Made by a program: the position numbers and the translations under genes
DNA from: Octopus sinensis
Taxonomy: Eukaryota
NCBI RefSeq assembly: GCF_006345805.1
Contig: NW_021835543.1
Span: 1-40,864, forward strand
Direction of reading: 5' to 3'
DNA: 40,864 bases
Notes under the pieces: model-generated
Told to the model about the DNA's origin: nothing
Seen by the model: the letters and a program-made list of their open reading frames with translations, nothing else
Database searches by the model: none
Shown: one piece after another, positions 1-10,124 of the stretch
Numbering within the stretch: position 1 is the stretch's first letter
How the letters are laid out: every line of letters begins with the position of its first letter

Positions 1-269
1 ATGCATGTAATATAATGTATTATAATATATATATAATATATATATAATATATTATATAAGAAAATGGAGGAGAACAATAGGCAATGCATCAACTTTTGGA
101 CATTAAAATGTTAACATATTCATTTATTAAACTGATAATTATAATAACATACATACATGTAGCATATTATTCTTTGCATATAAGATATAAGATATAAAAT
201 ATATAGTAATATATAAGGATACCAGTAATTATTATGAACCCCTAACTTTCTTGGAGTTATATATATATA

Positions 270-406
270 AAATCCACTCACAAGGCATTGGTCGGCCCGG
301 GGCCATAGCAGAAGACACTTGCCCAAGATGCCATGCAGTGGGACTGAACCCGGAACCATGTGGTTGGTTAGCAAGCTACTTACCACACAGCCACTCCTGC
401 GCCTAT
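270..406 (-). mobile_element. SINE family 1 (octopus tRNA-derived SINE), 5' head fragment
   Basis: Reverse complement reads ATAGGCGCAGGAGTGGCTGTGTGGTAAG...GGTTCAGTCCC (A-box/B-box-like); near-identical heads at 3940-4075 and 13449-13590. Confidence 0.9.
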
Positions 407-1083
407 GGTCAATTAAATTTTTGAAGGTGATACCCTATCATGGCGACAGTCAAAAGACTAAACCCAGTAAAATAGTGCTTAAAGACTGAATGGCTTCAAA
501 TTTAAGGTAATGGATTACCAACCACAAGATAATGAGTTCGAACTTCGTATTGAACTTCCACTCTAACACCATATGTACATCTCAGTCTACTTGACTGCCA
601 ACAATTAACAATTGTAATTTGAAATTGAATGGTTAACAGTAACAAAGATGTTGAAATTTCTTTAAAAATTATTGCACAAAATATTCTGAGAAAAAGTGTT
701 TTTTCACCGTCACAAGACACACACTCAGAGTTGCCTCCCTTAGATAAAGACCTCAAAATTTTGCGATCCGACCTCGTTTTCGAGGTTATTTTTGTAGTAA
801 AAAAATTGTTATGCAAAGAAGATTCTTTATTTGGTAGCGGAAAGATTACTGAATCTTTTGATACCTCATACGTCAAAATCGGCAACTCAGTTTTCGTATC
901 CCTAAGGAACATACGCGCGCGCACACACACACACATGCACGAACTCTGTTTTATTATACAAGATATACAAGCATACGTGGGTAGAATAGTGGTTTGCTGC
1001 TACTGGGACGCAAGCTGGAAATTGATCGGGGCCCAACTCATACATATATATATATATAGATATATATGTATGCGTGTGTATAT

Positions 1084-1297
1084 GTTTGTGTGTCTGCGTT
1101 TTTCCCCCCAACATCGCTTGACAACCGATGCTGGTGTGTTTACGTCCCCGTAACTCAGCGGTTCGGCAAAAGACACCGATAGAATAAGTACTAGGCTTAC
1201 AATGAATAAGTCCTGGGGTTGATTTGCTCGACTAAAAGGCGGTGCTCCAGCATGGCCGCAGTCAAATGACTGAAACAAGTAAAAGAGGGTAAAAGAG
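1084..1297 (+). mobile_element. SINE family 1, 3' body and tail
   Basis: Ends GGCGGTGCTCCAGCATGGCCGCAGTCAAATGACTGAAACAAGTAAAAGAG as in the full copy at 13449-13872. Confidence 0.9.
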
Positions 1298-1314
1298 TGT
1301 ATATATATATATAA

Positions 1315-1530
1315 AGTTAATCCAAACAAGAAAGCAAAAAAAAAAACACAACAACGCGAGGACGTGGAACAAATATAGTATTATTGGACGCTCAGGAAAG
1401 AAGGAAAGAAGGAGGGTTTAGCGTTTTGAGCGGAGCTCTTTGTCGGAAACATAGGAGAAGGAAAGATCCAGAGAAGGGAAGACAGAGGGAAAAAAATCGC
1501 CAACGGTACACACGAGGTCACATTTATATA
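1315..1530 (-). mobile_element. Short Penelope-type pLTR-like fragment with decayed hammerhead motif
   Basis: Inserted in (TA)n; minus strand 1416-1450 GTTT-CCGACAA-A-GAGC-TCC-GCTC-AAAA-CG-CT-AAAC keeps stems I and II of a minimal hammerhead with a mutated core. Confidence 0.5.
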
Positions 1531-2055
1531 TATATATACATACACACACACACATACATACATACATAGATACATACATACATAGGAGAAAGGGGAGCGA
1601 CGCTTCCCCGAGCACGTTCTTGAAAATTGGTGCCTTTTCAACACTTATTTTTAACTCTTTAGTTACATATATCAGTTGTAAAATTCATACACAATGACGT
1701 TGTTACTGAAACATGAAATGAATGGATGTAGAATACAATTACGTACACTATAGCAAATCAAATATTGCACTTAGTATAAGTGAAGTGAATTATAAATTGT
1801 TTATTTTATGCCACGGCGCCTATTTTATGTGCTTGCTCCCGCTAAATTTAAAACCTGGCACGCCTCTAAATACACACACACACACACACACACACAACAC
1901 ACACACACACACACACATACATACATGCATAAGCTCTCTGGCTTTTCATTATTCATTTACAACTCCAGATATTAACGAGTGATTTATTTTTATTGATTCT
2001 TTTAACAGTTTACAATTTCAATCGTGGGAGTGAAAATCCTTTCATTGCACACAAT

Positions 2056-2440
2056 GGAAGCACTCCGTCGGTTACGACGACGAGGGTTCCGGTTGATCCG
2101 AATCAACGGAACAGCCTGCTCGTGAAATTAACGTGTAAGTGGCTGAGCACTCCACAGACACGTGTACCATTAACGTAGTTCTCGGGGATATTCAGCGTGA
2201 CACAGAGAGTGACAAGGCCGGCCCTTTGAAATACAGGTACAACAGAAGCAGGAAGTAAGAGTGAGAGAAAGTTGTGGTGAAAGAGTACAGCAGGGATCAC
2301 CACCATCCCCTGCCGGAGCATCGTGGAGCTTTTAGGTGTTTTCGCTCAATAAACACTCACAACGCCCGGTCTGGGAATCGAAACCGCGATCCTACGACCG
2401 CGAGTCCGCTGCCCTAACCACTGGGCCATTGCGCCTCCAC
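2056..2440 (-). mobile_element. SINE family 2 (tRNA-Arg-like head; OR/Ceph-SINE-like), full length with TSD
   Basis: Minus-strand head GTGGAGGCGCAATGGCCCAGTGGTTAGG...GGTTTCGATTCCC; TSD ATTGCACACAAT at 2044-2055 and 2441-2452; near-identical copies at 18723-19107 and 35895-36286. Confidence 0.92.
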
Positions 2441-2546
2441 ATTGCACACAATATGTACTCAGTAATTCTATGTTCTAATAAATTTCCACGGTAAATTAAT
2501 CAAAGAGAAGAACTGACCTGTCTGTGGGCTACTTATTGTAGAATAT

Positions 2547-2680
2547 TCTTTTCTACTCTATGCAGATGGCCCGAAAATTTTTGAGGAGGAGGCCAGTCGA
2601 TTAGATTGACCCCGGACAGATGAAATACCTCTAAGCATTTAGCCTGGTGTGCTAACGATTCTGCCAGCTTGCCGCCTCAA
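2547..2680 (-). mobile_element. SINE family 3, internally deleted copy
   Basis: Minus-strand head GAGGCGGCAAGCTGGCAGAATCGTTAGCAC matches the copies at 20399 and 32728-33197. Confidence 0.7.
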
Positions 2681-2694
2681 CTTGTAGAATGCTG

Positions 2695-3113
2695 GGATCT
2701 TTTCGGTTTGAACGGCAGTTTTTTCTAGCGGTGTCATATGAAATTGTCACCCATAATTATGACCCTAGTATCGATCTATTGCATTTCAATCTGATTTAGG
2801 ATTAGGGTTAGGGGTGGGGGGAAGGGTATCTTTTTTTCTTCACAAATATAAATAAACCCAATCTGTTTCTTAAACGAGGGACATATTCATACGGCACAGA
2901 ATGTTTTTTTACGTCAATGGACGTCATTGATTGGTTGAAATTGCAGAAATTGAAGAAAAAAACCCAACAAATATCATCCAAACTATAGAATTTTCTCAAT
3001 AAAGCCAAGAGAAAATGATGTTTTATAAACACATTCTACCAGTATACGAAGTTTAAAATTTTTTAGTTACCTAGAAATTATGTTACAAACTGCCGTTCAA
3101 ACCGAAAAGATCC
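2695..3113 (+). mobile_element. MITE with GGATCTTTTCGGTTTGAACGGCAG TIRs and internal TTAGGG repeats (copy 1)
   Basis: 27-bp TIRs; 8-bp TSD GAATGCTG/GAATACTG (2687-2694, 3114-3121). Confidence 0.93.
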
Positions 3114-3626
3114 GAATACTGTTGATTGTTTGATAAATAAACATTGTTACTTTAATCTCTTAAAATTAACTTACAAAGCGTTTATAAAAATGGAAAATAG
3201 AAAAATTATGTAAGAAAATAGGCCAAGTGTAAGTTTTTAACCACGTAACTAATTAGTAACAGGTGGAAGCTTGTTTGCAAATACAATGTCACGTCGACAT
3301 TTTTTATTTTCAGTTTAACATGCTCTAACAAGCCCACAGAACAAAATCTGGTAATAAAAGTTTGCATCAACATGTCAGTTTTATGAAACAGGGATCTAGC
3401 ATTGAAAATAGCTTTCCATGTGTTAAATTGCTACTGTGATATCTTGGAGTACAACTATATCTTTAATATCTGTATGCTAGTAAAATCATCATTATCGTTA
3501 TTATTATCATTTAACTTAAATTTTCAAAATATTAGCGTTGTATTTGTTTTTTGTTTTTTTAGCAAAACATTGCAAATTGTAAAGGAAATTAATGATACAA
3601 GTTGATGGATAGTACTTTTACCTATA

Positions 3627-3858
3627 CTCTTTTACTCTTTTACTTGTTTCAGTCATTTTACTGCGGCCATGCTGGAGCACCGCCTTTTGTCGAGCAACTC
3701 GAACCCGGAACTTATTCTTTTGTAAGCCCAGTACTTATTCTATCGGTCTCTTTTGCCGAACCGCTAAGTGACGGGGACATAAACACACCAGCATCGGTTG
3801 TCAAGCAAATGCTAGGGGGACAAACACAGACACACACACACACACACACAACACACAC

Positions 3859-3911
<53 letters not shown>

Positions 3912-4075
3912 ACGGACTTCTTTCAGTTTCCATCTACCAAATCCACTCACAAGGCATTGGTCGGCCCGAGGCTATACTAGAAGACACTTGCCCAAGGTGC
4001 CACGCAATGGGACTGAACCCGGAACCATGTGGTTGGTAAACAAGCTACTTACCACACAGCCACTCCTGCGCCTAT
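3627..4075 (-). mobile_element. SINE family 1, full length with internal (CA)n(TA)n
   Basis: Head at 3940-4075, internal microsatellite, tail ending TGAAACAAGTAAAAGAG on the minus strand. Confidence 0.92.
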
Positions 4076-4076
4076 C

Positions 4077-4223
4077 ATTTCGATATTTCGGAGTTAGGGA
4101 CCCGTCTTCAGGAAATCTACTGAGAAAAGATGTTGTTAACTGACTTTTCTGCTCTGTCATCAGCTAACATCTTTTCTCCATGGATTTCTTGAAGAAGGGG
4201 TCCTAACCCCGAAATATTGAAAT
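4077..4223. repeat. Imperfect fold-back palindrome (about 65-bp arms) with a hammerhead motif in each arm
   Basis: ATTTCGATATTTCGG...CCGAAATATTGAAAT termini; minus strand of the left arm reads ATTTC-CTGAAGA-C-GGG-TCCCTAAC-TCC-GAAA-TA-TC-GAAAT. Confidence 0.75.
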
Positions 4224-4349
4224 ACCACGTAAAAGTACAACCCATTAATTTGCATTATTATTTTTTTTCATAACTTGCATTGTTTTTTGCTTTAAAAAAA
4301 TAATCAAAGACATCTCTGTATATCAGACAATGCTTCATGAAAACTATAC

Positions 4350-6830
4350 TATTCAAAACATTCATTATATTACTAATCAGCTATCTTCTAAACCTTTGTT
4401 GGAATCCCCTGCTAACGAATACTTTGTATGTATTTTACATTTGTGATCACGTAATCATATTAATCTTGAACCATAGAAGATCTTTGTTATCCAGAACTTC
4501 ATTCAGATGCTTTAACTACAACGGATGGTTTTGCTTTTTCAAAGTTGGTGGCGAAAGGCTCGTGACCATTGCAAGCTCTTCCTCTCAAATTGGTGAGGGA
4601 CAAGTTGGTGCTTAGTTTTAAGTTCTATAAATGGATACCCAAGGAACGAATATAGACAGGGGTGGAGAATACCAGGAGGTTGTAATTCTGGGAGAAAAGA
4701 CTGAGTAAAGTATATTTTAGTGAGGATTTAGACGCGAGATACGATGTTGGTGACGTGTACAGGAGAGACAATGTATACCAGAGTGTGTGTGTGCAGCCTA
4801 CAAATTCAGAAAATCAGAAATCGCGGTAAAAGAATCAAAGAGAACTGGCCCGTCAGTGAATATCGTTGACTGTTGACCAAATAGCCAGATGACTTTCTCC
4901 TTTAATGTGGTTCAGTAGATGTTTTGTTTGGTAGTAGTGACATATTAGGTATGTAGGTCGCACGTGACTTCAGAAAAGTAAGTCATCAGGTATAAAATAT
5001 ATATTTCAATGTGTAGGAGGGATACATAATTTATTTCTAACTTACTTTCTACAAAAGACAGGTGTGACATTAGTGTCACTCACATATCTGAGACGGTATG
5101 GTTGTCATATACACGCACATAAAAAAATGTCTTCTGGGTTACGTTTTTAAAAAAAGCAAACCTCTGAATACTTGGTAAGCTTCTACTCAAAAAATATACT
5201 ACAAAGTCCTCACTATTCTCATAGTCTTTTTTCATAGAATCAATGTAGGTCTAAGGTGAAATGCTAATGTTGGGTATGAACAATGGCTGTACTCAGAAGA
5301 TTAAAGAAAACTCAAGTCTCGTATCATAAGCATTGTTGTGACAGCGAGGTTATTAATGTAGAGAGGTAGGTGACAACTAATTTCTGAGCTGATAAAATAT
5401 TAGATAAAAAATGTTCAGTGAATGGGTACTACGATGAAGGCAGTTTGATAGAAAATCTCCATTCCCAGATTTAAGACCCTACTGGAGTTCATAAATACGC
5501 CAATAAGTTGGGATATGTTCTCGTGTCGGATATAATGAGAGAACAAAAACAAAACTCCATTGGAAATTATATTGATAGTTGTTGATAAATAGACTTAAGG
5601 TGATAAAGTGGTTGGCTGTTTACAATTTTTCTTATAGTTTCGTGTACAATAGATGTGAAAAGTCATCAGACGAACATAAAATTAATACTTATATTGTTCG
5701 ATCGTCATCATTGTCGTAATGTTTCTCAACAGCAATATCAAATCAAAATGATACAAATCATAGATTAAGAACTCTGTAAATTGTATTATTATGTTGTGCA
5801 GCAGTATCTGTCACACCTAAATGTAGTGTAGAGAATTTCTTGTGAGATAGGAAAAGACGAACTATGGACGAGAACTTTCACTGTAGGCTAGTACCTGAAT
5901 TTGCCGGCAGAAAAGGCCCTTCCGGCGAAGTGGATAAGAAAACCTGGACTTTAAAGTGGATCGCTCTTTCTCACGTCTGTAAATATTTGACACGTAATAA
6001 ACAGTTCAACAAAATCGTTATTTTAAGTATAGCTTAACTAAAGCTATAGCAGACTGTGAGGAAAGGTCCACAAAGAGATATTAAGTGACTCACTGATAGT
6101 GAAAAATTTAACATGAGGGAAAACTAAAACAAAAGATCTATGTAAAAATATTCCAGCACAGTATTCTCTACGATAGCATTTGGAATATATTAAGGGACAT
6201 AGGTTACTCTTTTCAGTAGTAACTGGAGATCTTTTCGGTTTGAACGGCAGATTTTTTTAAAATAATTTCTAGGTAACTAAAAAATTTTAAACTTCGTATA
6301 CTGGTAGAATGTGTTTATAAAACATCTTTTTCTCTTGGCTTTATTGAGAAAATTCTATAGTTTGTAAGATATTTGTTTTTTTCTTCAATTTTTGCAATTT
6401 CAACCAATCATTGACGTCTATTGAGGTGAAAACATTCTGTGCCGTATGAAAACGTCCCTCGTTTAAGAAACAGATTGGGTTTATTTACATTTGTGAAGAA
6501 AAAAAGATTCCCTAACCCTAACCCTAAAACAGATTGAAATGCAATAGATCGATACTAGGGTTATAATTATGGGTGACAATTTCATATGACACCGCTAGAA
6601 AAAACTGCCGTTCAAACCGAAAAGATCCGTAACTGGTGCTTCAATGTTTACTGACAATACGGAGATTCTTTCATTTTAAGGAGTAGAGCAGCATATGTTA
6701 TTTGACTTTTACAACGATAACAATGAACCATCAGAGAAAGTAGAGAAAATTGTAAATCTACTTGTGAAACTTATGAAAAACAATAGGTCCGGATCTGAAT
6801 AAAGTGTCTGCGTGCACTGAGGGCAACGCA
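4350..6830 (-). pseudogene. Heavily decayed non-LTR retrotransposon ORF2 (RT plus RNase H; I/Nimb/Ingi-like)
   Basis: Colinear minus-strand motif remnants: PMSL..RI (~6200), LFVDLS (~6070), QSS*SMICIILI (~5770), MF(A)DDF (~5670), IFTDG (~4860); interrupted by the MITE at 6227-6628; many stops and frameshifts; boundaries approximate. Confidence 0.5.
6227..6628 (-). mobile_element. GGATC-TIR telomere-repeat MITE (copy 2)
   Basis: Same TIRs, opposite orientation; perfect 8-bp TSD GTAACTGG (6219-6226, 6629-6636); internal CCCTAA repeats. Confidence 0.93.
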
Positions 6831-7076
6831 AGTGTAAACATTGGAAAAAACATAATGGTGTTTATCAAAAATTTAAAAATGGCTACAAAAAAAAAATACA
6901 TATACACCTGCAAATTGTCTAGCAACAAAATTTGCAACAGGAAACCTGAAATTTGATGCTAAAATTATTGCGTTGAAAGTGTGAAATCATTTTAGTATCT
7001 CAACTACGAGGATGGCATAATTAAAAGAATTTTCTGAATTCGCCGACATTGATGATTGTTAATATGTTATGACTAG

Positions 7077-7272
<196 letters not shown>

Positions 7273-7274
7273 GA

Positions 7275-7450
7275 TATAACTTAGTTACCTACGAGATACC
7301 GCCATGCTGAAAACTAGTAAAAAATTACTAGTTTTAATTTGTCTTTTTGTCTTCTCTCCTTGTGCTATATGAATACTTAATGTGGTTTTAGAGTCAGATT
7401 CTGGCTGCTATTTTCAGCATGGCGGTATCTCGTAGATACCCTAAGTTATA
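7275..7450. mobile_element. Small MITE-like element with about 39-bp TIRs
   Basis: TATAACTTAGTTACCTACGAGATACCGCCATGCTGAAAA ... TTTTCAGCATGGCGGTATCTCGTAGATACCCTAAGTTATA; TA at both ends. Confidence 0.75.
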
Positions 7451-7856
7451 ATTTTAATAATAATTATTACCTTTGAAGGTTTTTATTTCCATGCTGGCCA
7501 CTTGATAAGATCGTTTTTTAATTTAAATTAACGATCTTATCCTTATATATAATATATCTATATTTATATTTATATTTACTTATATTTATATTCTCTTTTA
7601 CATATTGTACTTATTGTATAACATTACTCCTTTATGCACACTCTTTTATGTACACTGTTTTGTTCTACATTATTATTATTATCACATAAGGGGGATCAGC
7701 CATCTGAATGTGGCTAGGGACAGGGCGGGGTAGTGGGGGTGTTACTGATGCATTTAGCCCCAGGCGATCATCAACGTCACCAGAAGGGCTGACACCATCT
7801 CGGTGTCCTTGCCAGCCTGCAAAGGGAGATCAGCCTCCCCGAAGATACGGATATTA

Positions 7857-7899
7857 CATACGGACCGGTTTCGAGGTATTTGCCTCTTATCAACGTATG
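7857..7899 (-). ncRNA. Minimal type I hammerhead ribozyme (U3-A8 core variant), copy 1
   Basis: CAUACG-UUGAUAA-GAGG-CAAAUA-CCUC-GAAA-CCGG-UC-CGUAUG: 6-bp stem I, 4-bp stem II, GAAA, palindromic ACCGGU stem III, GUC triplet. Confidence 0.8.
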
Positions 7900-8098
7900 G
7901 TAAGCACCGTTCTTCGTTGAGGGACTTCCTCTACAGGCTGGATATATATGGATTTTCACAGTAACCACAGTCACTGATGTAGAAAACCGATGCATTTAGC
8001 CCCAGGCGATCATCAACGTCACCAGAAGGGCTGACACCATCTCGGTGTCCTTGCCAGCCTGCAAAGGGAGATCAGCCTCCCCGAAGATACGGATATTA

Positions 8099-8141
8099 CA
8101 TACGGACCGGTTTCGAGGTATTTGCCTCTTATCAACGTATG
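8099..8141 (-). ncRNA. Minimal type I hammerhead ribozyme, copy 2
   Basis: Identical to copy 1, offset by 242 bp. Confidence 0.8.
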
Positions 8142-8484
8142 GTAAGCACCGTTCTTCGTTGAGGGACTTCCTCTACAGGCTGGATATATATGGATTTTCA
8201 CAGTAACCACAGTCACTGATGTAGAAAACCGTTCGACAACAATAATAAATCTCTGAGCGAGATATAAACAGTAACTGCTCTATCACCCCCACTACCCCGC
8301 CCTGTCCCTAGCCACATTCAGATGGCTGATCCCCCTTATGTTATAGAGCAGTTACTGTTTATATCTCGCTCAGAGATTTATTATTGTTGTCGAACGGTTT
8401 TTCTACATCAGTACTGTGGTTACTGTGAAAATCCATATATATCCAGCCTGTAGAGGAAGTCCCTCAGCGAAGAACGGTGCTTAC

Positions 8485-8527
8485 CATACGTTGATAAGAG
8501 GCAAATACTTCGAAACCGGTCCGTATG
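8485..8527 (+). ncRNA. Minimal type I hammerhead ribozyme, copy 3
   Basis: CAUACG-UUGAUAA-GAGG-CAAAUA-CUUC-GAAA-CCGG-UC-CGUAUG; the stem II change C>U gives a G-U wobble. Confidence 0.78.
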
Positions 8528-8864
8528 TAGTATCCGTATCTTCGGGGAGGCTGATCTCCCTTTGCAGGCTGGCAAAGACACCGAGATGGTATCAGCCCTT
8601 CTGGTGACGTTGATGATCGCCTGGGGCTAAATGCATCAGTAACACCTCCACTACCCCGCCCTGTCCCTAGCCACATTCAGATGGCTGATCCCCCTTATGT
8701 TATAGAGCAGTTACTGTTTATATCTCGCTCAGAGATTTATTATTATTATTATTATGTTTGACATTAAAGTTTCTTATGTGGTGGTTTAATAAGGTATGTG
8801 ATTGGGTATTATCTGGTAATTGATATTTGATTTGGATGTATTTCTCCATTTTCTTGTTTTGTAT

Positions 8865-9098
<234 letters not shown>

Positions 9099-9475
9099 GT
9101 CTTTCTTTCTCTTTCTCTCCCTCTCTATCTCCCCCTCTCTTTCTTTCTTTATTTCTCTTTCTTCTCATATACGGACAGCATACTTAAGTTCTGTGAAACC
9201 CCTAAGAAAACGTTATTTTCAGAGGCTAGGTGAGGAAGAATGCTCCACACAGCATTGTGGAAGTGCGTTGGAGATAAAAGAAATGACAAAATTATTGGAG
9301 GTTCATTTCCTTTTTCCTCAGTTACACTATAGAAGTAGTAGAGAAGCCAAAGTGATTCAGTACAATTTCAGTGTTGAATTTATTAAATGAACCGAAAATC
9401 AAATTTGAAAGAGAGATAGAAAAAAAAGAAAGAAAAGCAGGGTTTTTTTCTTTATAGAAAAGTGTTTGTTATTTT

Positions 9476-9865
9476 GGATCTTTTCGGTTTGAACGGCAGT
9501 TTTTAAAAATAATTTCCACGTAACTAAACACTTTTAAACTTCGTATACTGGCTTTATTGAGAAAATTCTATACTTTGTAAGATATTTGTTGTTTTCTTTC
9601 TTCAATTTCTGCAATTTCAACCAATCAATGACGTCTATTGAGGTAAACAACATTCTGTGCCGTTTGAATATGTCCCTCGTTTAAGAAACAGATTGGGTTT
9701 ATTTACATTTCTGAAGAAAAAAAGATACCCTTCCCCCACCCCTAACCCTAACCCTAACCCTAAAACAGATTGAAATGCAATAGATCGATACTAGGGTCAT
9801 AATTATGGGTGATAATTTCATATGATACCGCTAGAAAAAAACTGCCGTTCAAACCGAAAAGATCC
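9476..9865 (-). mobile_element. GGATC-TIR telomere-repeat MITE (copy 3)
   Basis: Same TIRs; (CCCTAA)3 inside; flanked by a 15-16 bp duplication AGTGTTTGTTATTTT. Confidence 0.93.
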
Positions 9866-10124
9866 GAGTGTTTGTTATTTTTTTATTTTCTGTGAACAAC
9901 AAGTTTAACTAGCTTACTCCTGATGTGTCTAAGAAATGTAAAACAGATTTCATTGTTTTCAGTGAAAGAGTCATACAGTAATTAGCTAAAAGGATTGACT
10001 TCGCTGAAAACAGTTCTCTCTCTCTCTCTCTCATAGAAGCTCGTCGAAACTTAGTAACAAACTTCATAAATGTTGAAGAAGTCTGTGACGTAATCAAGAT
10101 TAATAACTCTCACGATATTGATAT

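Larger units (their letters stand above)
7686..8752. mobile_element. Retrozyme-like / Penelope-dependent non-coding array (tandem plus inverted copies)
   Basis: Left arm (minus) has a 242-bp tandem period (7747/7989); right arm (plus) has a 359-bp circularly permuted period (8291/8650); arms are reverse complements joined at ~8283/8284; both ends run into (ATT)n; three hammerhead motifs. Confidence 0.8.

Noticed and set aside
502-1153. Overlapping 144-aa (minus) and 174-aa (plus) ORFs
   Set aside because: No recognisable motif; both run into microsatellite and SINE sequence; the 3' part (TTTTATTATACAAGAT) resembles a non-coding Helitron-like end
2330-2440. tRNA genes at SINE heads (Arg-like here; also 13449 and 20399)
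   Set aside because: Only A/B boxes and a partial cloverleaf; each continues into a SINE body with TSDs
7708-8676. Repeated 63-72 aa ORFs as a tandem small-protein family
   Set aside because: They are by-products of the repeated non-coding monomer on both strands; no domain is recognisable, and the RNA structure explains the conservation
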